Source: Rickettsiales bacterium
GTDB taxonomy: Bacteria; Pseudomonadota; Alphaproteobacteria; Rickettsiales; JALZUV01
DNA: 64,000 nucleotides
Direction of reading: 5' to 3'
Assembly: GCA_029252805.1 (NCBI GenBank)
Contig: JAQXAR010000025.1
Span: forward strand, 90,425-154,424
A model generated the notes under the pieces. The model was not told where the DNA came from. It did not search any database and saw only the letters and a program-made list of their open reading frames with translations. Each line of letters begins with the position of its first letter. Within the stretch, counting starts at the first letter, position 1. Both the position numbers and the translations under genes were made by a program. Below, piece by piece: positions 29,243 to 37,942 of the stretch.

Positions 29243-29554
29243 ATGGTTGATTACGATTATAAATCGATTGCAAAAATGCCGGAATATCAAGCATTGCTTG
29301 CGAAGCGGCGTAGGCTGGTTTGGCCGCTGCTTTTTTTGACCGTGATCGTCTATTTTGCCTTTATTTTAACGATTGCTTTCGCGCCGGAATCACTCAGTGC
29401 CTCGGTGGGGCAGGGTGTTATCTCTTTAGGCATCTATGCGGGTTTTGGGATGATCCTACTGACCTTTATGATCACCGGTTATTATGTGTATCTTGCGAAC
29501 CAGCGCCTTGAGCCGTTGGTGGAAGAAATTCAAAAAAAGTTGAGTGAGCAATAA
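29243..29554 (+). CDS. DUF485 (YjcH-like) small inner-membrane protein
   Basis: 103 aa with two TM segments. It sits immediately upstream of an ActP-like symporter, as in yjcH-actP pairs. Confidence 0.75.
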   Translation: MVDYDYKSIAKMPEYQALLAKRRRLVWPLLFLTVIVYFAFILTIAFAPESLSASVGQGVISLGIYAGFGMILLTFMITGYYVYLANQRLEPLVEEIQKKLSEQ

Positions 29555-29556
29555 TC

Positions 29557-31128
29557 ATGCATGAGTTGAACGAGACCGCCATCATCATGTTCGTACTATT
29601 TGTCGGAGCGACGTTAGGCATCACTTATTGGGCCGCGCGCCGGACTAAAACCGCCGCCTCTTTCTATACCGCTGGTGGAGGCATTACTGGCTTCCAGAAC
29701 GGCTTGGCCATTTCGGGAGACTTTATGTCTGCTGCTTCTTTTCTGGGGATTTCGGCGTTGGTATTTGCGTCGGGTTTTGATGGTTTAATCTATTCTATCG
29801 GCTTCCTGATTGGTTGGCCGATTGTGTTGCTTCTTATCGCCGAATCCTTGCGTAATTTGGGCCGCTATACGTTTGCAGATGTGGCTTCCTATCGTTTGAA
29901 ACAAGCACCTATTCGTGTGCTGTCAGCCTGTGGGTCGCTGATCACCGTATTGCTCTACCTCATCGCACAAGTAGTGGGGGCAGGGAAACTAATCGAGTTG
30001 TTATTCGGGTTACCGTACCTTTCGGCGGTGGTCATCGTCGGCACGTTGATGATCCTTTATGTCACGTTCGGCGGGATGCTGGCGACCACTTGGGTGCAGA
30101 TTATCAAGGCTGTTTTGCTGCTATTTGGTGCGTCTCTCATCGCTTTCCTCGTATTGCAGCAATTTAATTTTGATCTCCAGCTTTTCTTTGCCAAAGCGGT
30201 GGAGGTGCATCCAGATGGGTTATCTATTATGCAGCCCGGCGGGTTAGTGTCGGATCCCATCTCCGCGATCTCCTTAGGGTTAGCTTTGATGTTCGGAACA
30301 GCCGGTTTGCCGCATATCCTGATGCGTTTTTTTACGGTTAAGGATGCCACACAAGCGCGTCGTTCGGTATTTTATGCGACTGGATTTATCGGGTATTTCT
30401 ACCTTCTTACCTTCATTATCGGATTTGGCGCAATTGTGCTTGTGGGTACGGATTCTGCCTATCTTACCGCAGAAGGCGGTTTGATTGGCGGCAATAATAT
30501 GGCGGCGATCCATCTGGCCGAGGCGGTGGGGGGTAACATCCTACTGGGCTTCATCTCTGCCGTAGCTTTCGCAACGATTTTGGCCGTGGTGGCGGGGCTT
30601 ACACTCGCAGGAGCCTCGGCAATCTCGCATGATCTTTACGCTAATGTGTTCAGAAAAGGCGACGCCGATGAAGCGAAGGAGATGCGGGTTTCTAAAGTTG
30701 CGACGCTTTGTTTAGGAATGGCGGCGATTGGTTTGGGCATTTTATTTAAAGAGCAAAACATCGCCTTTATGGTGGGGCTGGCCTTTGCCATTGCGGCGAG
30801 CGCGAACTTCCCGGTTCTGTTGCTCTCCATGTATTGGAAGAAGCTGACCACACGCGGAGCGCTCATCGGAGGCGCCGCAGGTTTACTCGTTGCCATCGGG
30901 CTGGTGGTGCTTAGCCCTGTGGTGTGGGTCGCGGTATTCGGTTTTGAGGAAGCAATCTTCCCGTATAAATACCCGGCTTTATTTTCTATGAGTGCGGCCT
31001 TTGTCGGTATTTGGTTATTCTCTATTACGGATAAGTCAGCGCAAGCTACGCTTGACCGTGAGAAATTTGAGGCACAATATATCCGTGCGCAAACCGGTAT
31101 CGGTATTTCCCAAGCGGCGAAGCATTAG
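29557..31128 (+). CDS. actP: sodium:solute symporter family, cation/acetate symporter ActP-like
   Basis: 523-aa polytopic SSS protein ('[30 protein letters not shown]') paired with DUF485. Its substrate here is unknown. Confidence 0.8.
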   Translation: MHELNETAIIMFVLFVGATLGITYWAARRTKTAASFYTAGGGITGFQNGLAISGDFMSAASFLGISALVFASGFDGLIYSIGFLIGWPIVLLLIAESLRNLGRYTFADVASYRLKQAPIRVLSACGSLITVLLYLIAQVVGAGKLIELLFGLPYLSAVVIVGTLMILYVTFGGMLATTWVQIIKAVLLLFGASLIAFLVLQQFNFDLQLFFAKAVEVHPDGLSIMQPGGLVSDPISAISLGLALMFGTAGLPHILMRFFTVKDATQARRSVFYATGFIGYFYLLTFIIGFGAIVLVGTDSAYLTAEGGLIGGNNMAAIHLAEAVGGNILLGFISAVAFATILAVVAGLTLAGASAISHDLYANVFRKGDADEAKEMRVSKVATLCLGMAAIGLGILFKEQNIAFMVGLAFAIAASANFPVLLLSMYWKKLTTRGALIGGAAGLLVAIGLVVLSPVVWVAVFGFEEAIFPYKYPALFSMSAAFVGIWLFSITDKSAQATLDREKFEAQYIRAQTGIGISQAAKH

Positions 31129-31186
31129 GCGCTTTAGTATATTCTAGGTTGTAATGTTTTGCAGTTAGCGTAGGAATAACGCCGTA

Positions 31187-31564
31187 ATGATTCTCTCCCC
31201 TACATTTAACTCGATTGCGGCGGCCTTTGTTTATGGCGGCTGGGCGGCCTATGCGAATTCTGAGCATGCGACAGATGTTTGGCTGCGTGCAGGGCTCGTG
31301 CAAGCGGCCACCTCTTTCACAGTGACGCTCGTGATTACCCTTTTCGCACGTTGGGTCTTCTTGCGCTCTGGCGGCGGGCGGCGTGGAGTAGCTATCGGTT
31401 ATGTTTGCAGCTTTTGTTCGGTCACACTCTTTAGCTACGGCGCACATTATATTTCAGGCACGCCTGATATTTGGCAGACGATCACTCCTTCGATGATCAT
31501 TGGCAGCGCCTATCTGGTGAGTTATCTCTTGGCGCTGAAAGCCAACTTGAAGCGCGAAGTCTGA
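31187..31564 (+). CDS. hypothetical small membrane protein (about 4 TM, 125 aa)
   Basis: ORF with four hydrophobic segments. No recognisable motif. Confidence 0.5.
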   Translation: MILSPTFNSIAAAFVYGGWAAYANSEHATDVWLRAGLVQAATSFTVTLVITLFARWVFLRSGGGRRGVAIGYVCSFCSVTLFSYGAHYISGTPDIWQTITPSMIIGSAYLVSYLLALKANLKREV

Positions 31565-31721
31565 ACTCTATATTCTTGTAAGTTGAGGTTTAAGGTTGGC
31601 CAAGCTGATTCAACTTAGTTTGATTTTTCTGCGGGCCTAGTGTTACCTTATAGCAAAGAAACTCATTCCTTTGAGTGGCTTTCTCTGTAATGCTTTCTCT
31701 TTTGGGAGCGAATGAATAAGC

Positions 31722-32411
31722 ATGACGAGACAAAAATTATTGAAACTTTTAATGGTATTGCTGATCGCTGCGGCGATAGCTGCTTTCTTTGTGTTTGACC
31801 TTCAGCTGTATTTTACGTTGGACAATATTAAAGCTCAGCGTGAAGGCTGGAAGCTATTCTACGCTGAGAATAGAGCGTTCACCCTTGCGCTTTTTGGTGG
31901 AGTTTATGTCATGGTGACGGCACTTTCCTTGCCAGCTGCGACCATTCTTACGCTACTTGCGGGCGCTTTATTCGGCTTTGTGAGCGGGTTGATTATGGTC
32001 AGCTTCGCCAGCTCTATCGGTGCGACGTTAGCTTTTCTGATGGCGCGATTTCTTTTGCGAGATTCGATTCAGGCGAAATACGGCCAGCACATGACGAAGA
32101 TTAATGAGGGGTTCGAAAAAGAGGGTGCCTTTTACCTCTTTGCGCTGCGCTTGGTGCCAGTAGTGCCGTTCTTTGTGATTAACGTACTTATGGCGTTGTT
32201 GCCGATAAAGACCTCTACCTTCTATTGGGTCAGTCAATTAGGGATGCTCGCGGGGACGGTCGCCTATGTTTACGCTGGCACGGAGCTTGGTAAAGTGACG
32301 AGCCTCTCCGATATCGCCTCGCCAAGTTTAATCGCCGCTTTTGTTGCTTTGGGGTTATTCCCTTTGATTGCGAAAAAGGCACTCAATTTTTTACGAAAGA
32401 AAAAAATCTGA
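31722..32411 (+). CDS. TVP38/TMEM64 (DedA-related, SNARE-associated) family membrane protein
   Basis: 229-aa polytopic protein with the family-typical 'LRLVPVVPFFVINVLMA' re-entrant-loop block. The stop overlaps the next start (TGATG). Confidence 0.75.
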   Translation: MTRQKLLKLLMVLLIAAAIAAFFVFDLQLYFTLDNIKAQREGWKLFYAENRAFTLALFGGVYVMVTALSLPAATILTLLAGALFGFVSGLIMVSFASSIGATLAFLMARFLLRDSIQAKYGQHMTKINEGFEKEGAFYLFALRLVPVVPFFVINVLMALLPIKTSTFYWVSQLGMLAGTVAYVYAGTELGKVTSLSDIASPSLIAAFVALGLFPLIAKKALNFLRKKKI

Positions 32412-33835
32412 TGTCTAAATATGATTATAACCTCATCGCGATTGGGGGTGGTTCTGCTGGGTTAGTTTCCTCCTATATCGCCGCAGCAGTGAAGGCAAAA
32501 GTAGCATTGATTGAACGTCACAAAATGGGCGGTGATTGCCTTAATACGGGGTGTGTGCCGAGTAAAGCGCTATTGCGTTCCGCCAAGATGCTTTCTTATG
32601 CCAAACGTGCGCAGGAGTTCGGTTTTAAAAGTACAAAGGTCGAGTTTGACTTTGCCGATGTAATGCAGCGCGTACAGGATGTGGTGAAGGCGATCGAGCC
32701 GCATGATTCTATTGAGCGCTATACGAAATTAGGTGTCGATTGCTATACAGGAGAGGCGAAGATTTTTGATCCACACACGGTCGAAATTAATGGTGAGAAA
32801 ATCACTGCGCGTGCGATTATCGTGGCGACGGGTGCGCGTCCTCTCGTGCCACCAATTCCGGGCTTAAAGGATATCGACTATCTCACTAGCGACACTTTAT
32901 GGGATTTGAAAGAACTTCCCAAACGCCTCGCCGTGCTTGGCGGCGGGCCTATCGGTGCGGAGATGGCGCAAGCATTCGCACGTTTGGGCTCACAAGTCAC
33001 GATGATTGAAATGGCATCACAGATCTTGATTCGTGAGGATGAGGAGGTGATTGAACTCGCTGTCGATAAATTTGAGAAAGATGGCATTACCCTCCTCACT
33101 AGCCATAAAGCCAAGGCATTCGAAAAAGGTAAAGTCATCTGCGAGCATGAAGGTAAAGAGGTGGAGGTTAAGTTTGATCAAGTCATCATTGCGCTTGGTC
33201 GTGCCGCTAATATCTCTGATTTTGGTTTGGAAGAATTAGGCGTTAAATTGCGTGAGAATCGAACGGTGGAGGCCAACCCGTTTTTACAAACGAACATCCC
33301 GAGTATCTATGTGTGTGGCGATGTGACGGGGCCTTATCAATTCACCCATACGGCGGCGCATCAGGCGTGGTATGCGAGCGTTAATGCGCTGTTTGCACCC
33401 TTTAAAAAGTTCAAAGTTGATTATAGCGTGATCCCTTGGGCGACTTTTACCGATCCTGAAGTTGCGCGTGTGGGGCTGAACGAGAAAGATGCGAAAGCGC
33501 AAAATATTCCTTACGAAGTCACGACCTACGGTATTGACGATTTGGATCGTGCCATTGCGGATTCGGAAGCGCATGGTTTTGTCAAAGTGTTGACGAAACC
33601 GGGTAAAGATAAGATTCTCGGTGTGACGATTGTTGGTACGCATGCAGGTGATTTGATCGCTGAATATGTGATGGCAATGAAGCACGGTCTCGGTATGAAT
33701 AAGATTCTCGGCACCATCCATATTTATCCGACTTTAGCGGAGGCGAATAAGTTTGCCGCCGGTGAATGGAAGAAAGCGCATGCGCCGCAATGGGCGCTTA
33801 ACTTGGTGGGGAAATTCCATCGCTGGCGCCGATAA
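32411..33835 (+). CDS. class I pyridine nucleotide-disulfide oxidoreductase (dihydrolipoyl dehydrogenase / mercuric reductase-like)
   Basis: 'IAIGGGSAGLVSS' FAD fingerprint, redox-active 'GGDCLNTGCVPSK' and a C-terminal dimerisation block 'IHIYPTLAE'. Confidence 0.85.
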   Translation: MSKYDYNLIAIGGGSAGLVSSYIAAAVKAKVALIERHKMGGDCLNTGCVPSKALLRSAKMLSYAKRAQEFGFKSTKVEFDFADVMQRVQDVVKAIEPHDSIERYTKLGVDCYTGEAKIFDPHTVEINGEKITARAIIVATGARPLVPPIPGLKDIDYLTSDTLWDLKELPKRLAVLGGGPIGAEMAQAFARLGSQVTMIEMASQILIREDEEVIELAVDKFEKDGITLLTSHKAKAFEKGKVICEHEGKEVEVKFDQVIIALGRAANISDFGLEELGVKLRENRTVEANPFLQTNIPSIYVCGDVTGPYQFTHTAAHQAWYASVNALFAPFKKFKVDYSVIPWATFTDPEVARVGLNEKDAKAQNIPYEVTTYGIDDLDRAIADSEAHGFVKVLTKPGKDKILGVTIVGTHAGDLIAEYVMAMKHGLGMNKILGTIHIYPTLAEANKFAAGEWKKAHAPQWALNLVGKFHRWRR

Positions 33836-33877
33836 GGCATAATGTGCTATAGGCATAGGGCGAATGAAGGAGAGATC

Positions 33878-34915
33878 ATGAAAATTACCGAAAGCGTCAA
33901 AGAATATTACGGCGAAGTGCTAAAGACGAAGGAAGATTTGCTCACAAGCGCTTGCTGTCCGATTGATGCAATGCCTGCACGTTTGCGTCCCTTTATGGCT
34001 AATATTCATGAGGAAGTGCAATCGAAATTCTACGGATGTGGCTCACCCATCCCCCCTGCGATTGAAGGACTAACCGTGCTGGATTTAGGCTGCGGTACCG
34101 GACGTGATGTGTATTTACTTTCGCAGTTGGTTGGAGAATCGGGCAAAGTGATCGGCGTGGATATGACCGATAACCAACTCGAAGTGGCGCGCCGCACGCT
34201 CGGTTGGCACATGGATAAGTTTGGCTTTAAGCAGCCCAATGTCGAATTCCATAAAGGCTATATCGAAGATTTGGAAACCATTGGAATTCCCGATAATTCG
34301 GTTGATGTGGTGACTTCTAATTGCGTGATCAATCTTTCGCCAAACAAAGAACAGGTTTTCGCTGAAATCTTCCGTATCCTCAAACCGGGCGGCGAGTTGT
34401 ATTTTTCGGATGTCTTCACTGGCCGTCGTGTGCCAGAAGCGCTAACTCATGATTCTGTGCTCTTCGGTGAGTGTTTGAGTGGCGCGCTTTATGTTGAAGA
34501 TTTCCGTCGAATGTTGCGTAATGTTGGCTGTGTCGATTATCGTGTTGTCGATAGCGGGCCAATTGAGTTGCACGATCCAGAGGTCGTGCGCAAGGCTGGC
34601 ATGATCGATTTCTATTCCCTCACGATCCGCAGCTTCAAATGCGATTTTGAAGATCTTTGCGAAGATTACGGTCAAGTCGCTTACTATAACGGCACGATTG
34701 AAGGCTCGCCGCATGGCTTCACATTGGATGATCACCATTTTTTCAAAACTGGACAACCGGTTCCCGTTTGCGGCAACACTGCGCAGATGCTTTCGGAAAC
34801 CCATTACGGCCAGCATTTCCGTGTGGAGGGAGATCGTTCTACCCATTATGGTGCGTTCGATTGTTCACCGGCACTTGCAGGCACGGAACCCACGGTTAGC
34901 GGAGCTTGCTGCTAA
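33878..34915 (+). CDS. arsM: arsenite S-adenosylmethionine methyltransferase-like protein
   Basis: SAM motif I 'VLDLGCGTGRDVY' plus the ArsM-type cysteines 'TSACCPID', 'SNCVINLSP' and 'FGECLSGAL'. ATG 33878 is preceded by 'gaaggagag'. Confidence 0.8.
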   Translation: MKITESVKEYYGEVLKTKEDLLTSACCPIDAMPARLRPFMANIHEEVQSKFYGCGSPIPPAIEGLTVLDLGCGTGRDVYLLSQLVGESGKVIGVDMTDNQLEVARRTLGWHMDKFGFKQPNVEFHKGYIEDLETIGIPDNSVDVVTSNCVINLSPNKEQVFAEIFRILKPGGELYFSDVFTGRRVPEALTHDSVLFGECLSGALYVEDFRRMLRNVGCVDYRVVDSGPIELHDPEVVRKAGMIDFYSLTIRSFKCDFEDLCEDYGQVAYYNGTIEGSPHGFTLDDHHFFKTGQPVPVCGNTAQMLSETHYGQHFRVEGDRSTHYGAFDCSPALAGTEPTVSGACC

Positions 34916-35760
34916 TGCTAGCCATTATTGGTGGTACGGGCATTTACCATATTGATGCCTTTGAAGTGATGGAGCAGGTGGAAGTGAAGACGCCCTTTGG
35001 CAAGCCATCGGCACCGATTGCGAAGGTTAAGTATGGGCAGCATGAGTTGCTGTTTTTGCCTCGTCACGGCGCGCATCACGAGCTTTTGCCGCATGAGCTT
35101 AATTACCGTGCGAATATCTATGCGCTTAAAGCATTGGGTGCAAAGCAGCTACTCGGCCTATCCGCTGTGGGAAGTTTGCGCGAAGAAATTCATCCGGGTG
35201 AATTCGCCATTCCATCGCAATATTTTGATTGGGTGAAGGGTAATCGCGAACGTACTTTCTTCGGCGAAGGCGTGGCGGCGCATGTCTCCACAGCTGAACC
35301 AACCTGTGCGAATATGACAAAATGGATCGCCGGTAAAGCCACCGAACTTGGGCTAACGTTACATATGGGTAAAACGTACGCTTGTGTCGATGGTCCACGT
35401 TTAGGCACCAAAGCGGAGAGCTGCTTTTTGCGCAGTGCTGGATGCGATCTAGTCGGTATGACCAATGTGCCCGAAGTGTTCCTCGCGCGGGAAGCGCAGC
35501 TTTGTTATGCCACCATTGGTATCGCTACCGATTATGATTGTTGGATGGAAGACCCAAGCCAACATGCCAGCGTTGCCGATATTATCGCCCGTTACGGTGA
35601 AAGCCTACAGCAAGTGCAGAAGTTGCTTTTGGCTTTGTTGGATTCAGATCTTCCACCGATAAATGCAGAGTATCGCGAGAGCTTGAAAATGGCGTTATTG
35701 ACTCCAGTACATGCAATTCCAGCGGCGAAGCGGGAGCTTATGGAAGTGCTGCAAGCGTAA
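34915..35760 (+). CDS. S-methyl-5'-thioadenosine phosphorylase / purine nucleoside phosphorylase family 2 protein
   Basis: 'LAIIGGTGIY...FLPRHG..H..LPHELNYRANIYALKALG' and 'DLVGMTNVPEVFLAREA' are MTAP-family blocks. The start overlaps the arsM stop (TAATG). Confidence 0.85.
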   Translation: MLAIIGGTGIYHIDAFEVMEQVEVKTPFGKPSAPIAKVKYGQHELLFLPRHGAHHELLPHELNYRANIYALKALGAKQLLGLSAVGSLREEIHPGEFAIPSQYFDWVKGNRERTFFGEGVAAHVSTAEPTCANMTKWIAGKATELGLTLHMGKTYACVDGPRLGTKAESCFLRSAGCDLVGMTNVPEVFLAREAQLCYATIGIATDYDCWMEDPSQHASVADIIARYGESLQQVQKLLLALLDSDLPPINAEYRESLKMALLTPVHAIPAAKRELMEVLQA

Positions 35761-35763
35761 GGT

Positions 35764-36342
35764 ATGGTGAGTCTCTCTATCATCATTCCACTGGCGCCGA
35801 ATGAAACGCAGCATGAAGCTTTACTCGACTCGTTACCCAAAGATGGTGAAGTGATTCTATCGCAAGAAGGGACCCGCGCGAAAAGCCTGAATGTCGCAGC
35901 AGCAAAGGCGACGGGCGAGTATTTGTGGTTCTTGCATGCAGATTCGCAATTGCCTGATGATGCGCTTGCAAAACTCAATCAAGCTATCAAAATGTACCCT
36001 AAGCATTTACTTTATTTCGATTTAGCTTTTGCAGATGGTTCACTTCTAATGAAGCTCAATGCATGGGGGGCTAATCTGCGTTCACGCTTGTTTAGTAACC
36101 CTTTTGGCGATCAGGGTTTATGCATTAAAAGATCGTTATTTGAAGAATTGGGCGGTTATCCTGAGAATGTTGAATATGGTGAAGATAACCTGTTCGTCAT
36201 TCGTACGCATAAGGCAGGAGTGGGCGTATCGCCCGTGGGTGCGACCCTTAAAACAAGTGCTCGAAAATATGTGAAAAATGGCTGGCTTAGAACCACTATG
36301 ATGCACCAATATTTAGGGTGGAAACAGAGGTTGTCCGCATGA
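35764..36342 (+). CDS. small family-2 glycosyltransferase-like protein (resembles the family I recall as TIGR04283)
   Basis: 'LSIIIPLAPNE', 'YLWFLHADSQLP', 'PFGDQGLCIKRSLFEELGGYPE...GEDNLF'. 192 aa. Confidence 0.7.
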   Translation: MVSLSIIIPLAPNETQHEALLDSLPKDGEVILSQEGTRAKSLNVAAAKATGEYLWFLHADSQLPDDALAKLNQAIKMYPKHLLYFDLAFADGSLLMKLNAWGANLRSRLFSNPFGDQGLCIKRSLFEELGGYPENVEYGEDNLFVIRTHKAGVGVSPVGATLKTSARKYVKNGWLRTTMMHQYLGWKQRLSA

Positions 36343-36995
36343 AGTTAGGGCTCGGGATTTTCGCAAAAACGGCAGAAGTTTCACCGGTAAAGACGCGCCT
36401 CGCTGCCGGTATTGGTGTGGAAAAAGCAAAGGAGTTTTATGCTTTAAGTGTGCAGGCAGTGGAAGCGACTGTACAGGCTTTGCCAGCTTCTATTACTGCA
36501 TATTGGGCGGTGGCAGAAGAGGCTGGAATAAATCATCCGCAATGGAAGAATCTTGACTGTTTTTGGACAGGTGAGGGCGACTTAGGTCAGTGTTTGCATC
36601 AGGTTTATTGTAAGCTGAAACACGAATATGGTGCGGCGATGCTGATGGGAACGGATAGTCCGCAGCTTTCGCCACAGGTTATTGAGGGGGCTGCGGAAGC
36701 CTTATCGAATTCTGTGCAGAAATGTATTATTGGCCCGTGCGAGGATGGCGGTTTTTATCTCTTTGCCGCTGCGATCGAAATCCCTCAAGAAGTTTGGTTG
36801 GCGGTAGAATATAGCCAGGATTCAACATTAGAGCAGTTAGTGACGCAGCTTGCTAAATATGAGATTGAAGTAGAATTTTTACCTGAAGAGCAAGATGTGG
36901 ATACGGCTGAAGATTTACAAAATTTGTACGAAGACTTGCTGAAGCAATCGAATTTATCTCCCTCTCAATCTCGATTATTGGATTGGCTAAACTGA
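36339..36995 (+). CDS. DUF2064-type nucleotide-diphospho-sugar transferase-fold protein (resembles the family I recall as TIGR04282)
   Basis: N-terminus 'GLGIFAKTAEVSPVKTRLA' and 'MGTDSPQLS' are typical DUF2064 blocks. ATGA overlap with the upstream GT gene. Confidence 0.7.
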   Translation: MKLGLGIFAKTAEVSPVKTRLAAGIGVEKAKEFYALSVQAVEATVQALPASITAYWAVAEEAGINHPQWKNLDCFWTGEGDLGQCLHQVYCKLKHEYGAAMLMGTDSPQLSPQVIEGAAEALSNSVQKCIIGPCEDGGFYLFAAAIEIPQEVWLAVEYSQDSTLEQLVTQLAKYEIEVEFLPEEQDVDTAEDLQNLYEDLLKQSNLSPSQSRLLDWLN

Positions 36996-37904
36996 GCAGC
37001 TTCCGCTGCCTAGAACGCAAAATTTTGCGCAATGAGGGTGGTTGAGCTTTACGCTTCCTGCGGCTTGTTTGAGGGTATTCCCCATTTCAAATTCATCATC
37101 ATAAGGCAGCAAGGTGCAGGCCAAAACACTTGGCTTATCCGCGCCTTTACGTTTGATAACCATACGCGATGTTGCGCACATCATACTATCGGGGTTTACC
37201 TTTAGAATATCCCAGCAATCAGTGGTGATCTCGGGCACTTCGGCTTGTTCATCCATCTCCGGAAAGAGTATGAGTTTTTTGCTATCTTGTGCATCAATTT
37301 TTACGCCTAATACATTGAAGAGGTTGGAGAATCCTGCGCGTAATTCGGTCTCATCCTCACCCCAACGCGTGCGGCCTGCAATATCAATATGGAATCCTTG
37401 TGAGGAGAGCCACTGTAGGCCTTTTAGCATTGGTTCCCACGTACTAGCGCCGCGCTCTTCTTCATGCAGGGCTGGGGTGAAATGATCCACCGAAATGCGT
37501 ACGGTCATTTGATCGCCGAAGCGCGCCAGTAAACCGAGCAATGATTCGCGTTTTTGTTCCATTGGCTTCATCGCATTTGTCAGTAGGAGTAGCTTAAATC
37601 CGCGCTCTAAGATCAGTTCCATTATGGGGGTGATATCTGGATTCATGAAGGGTTCGCCGCCGGTAATACCAATCTCAACTGTGCCGAGGTTTCCCCGTTC
37701 AATCTCGTCGAGATATTCGCGCGCTTCATCAAGTTTTAAATAAACCAGGCGGTCATTCTTAGGGCTGGATTCGATATAGCAATTTTGGCATTCGATATTG
37801 CAAAGCGTACCGGTATTGAGCCATAAGGTTTCGAGCTTGGTTAGGTTTACCCAAGCGCGCTGTTCGCCTTTGGCAGTAATATCGGGGTGGGTGAATTTTT
37901 CCAT
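36987..37904 (-). CDS. arsS: radical SAM / Cys-rich C-terminus protein, ArsS-like (Cys rather than Sec form)
   Basis: 'LCNIECQNCYIESSP' CxxxCxxC cluster motif. C-terminal 'HPHCAKFCVLGSGSCSV'. 305 aa. Convergent with the DUF2064 gene, overlapping it by 9 nt. Confidence 0.75.
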   Translation of the reverse strand: MEKFTHPDITAKGEQRAWVNLTKLETLWLNTGTLCNIECQNCYIESSPKNDRLVYLKLDEAREYLDEIERGNLGTVEIGITGGEPFMNPDITPIMELILERGFKLLLLTNAMKPMEQKRESLLGLLARFGDQMTVRISVDHFTPALHEEERGASTWEPMLKGLQWLSSQGFHIDIAGRTRWGEDETELRAGFSNLFNVLGVKIDAQDSKKLILFPEMDEQAEVPEITTDCWDILKVNPDSMMCATSRMVIKRKGADKPSVLACTLLPYDDEFEMGNTLKQAAGSVKLNHPHCAKFCVLGSGSCSV

Positions 37905-37942
37905 GCTTAGTCCTTCGCGTAGATGCAGATAAATATTGCCGA

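Noticed and set aside
31579-31630. A possible rho-independent terminator after the 125-aa membrane-protein gene: TAAGTTGA...TCAACTTA stem followed by 'gtttgatttttct'.
   Set aside because: The stem is only 8 AT-rich bp with a 23-nt loop, so it is thermodynamically weak. It is not convincing enough to annotate, although the 157-nt gap probably does separate transcription units.
32397-32413. An A7 run (32400-32406) sits just before the TVP38 stop. A -1 shift there would fuse TVP38 in frame to the disulfide oxidoreductase. I recall fused 'TVP38/FAD-oxidoreductase' proteins existing in other genomes.
   Set aside because: The zero-frame context (AAG AAA AAA ATC TGA) is not a canonical X XXY YYZ slippery heptamer, and I see no downstream stimulatory structure. 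Simple TGATG translational coupling explains the junction. It is worth a glance only if proteomics shows a fusion product of about 75 kDa.
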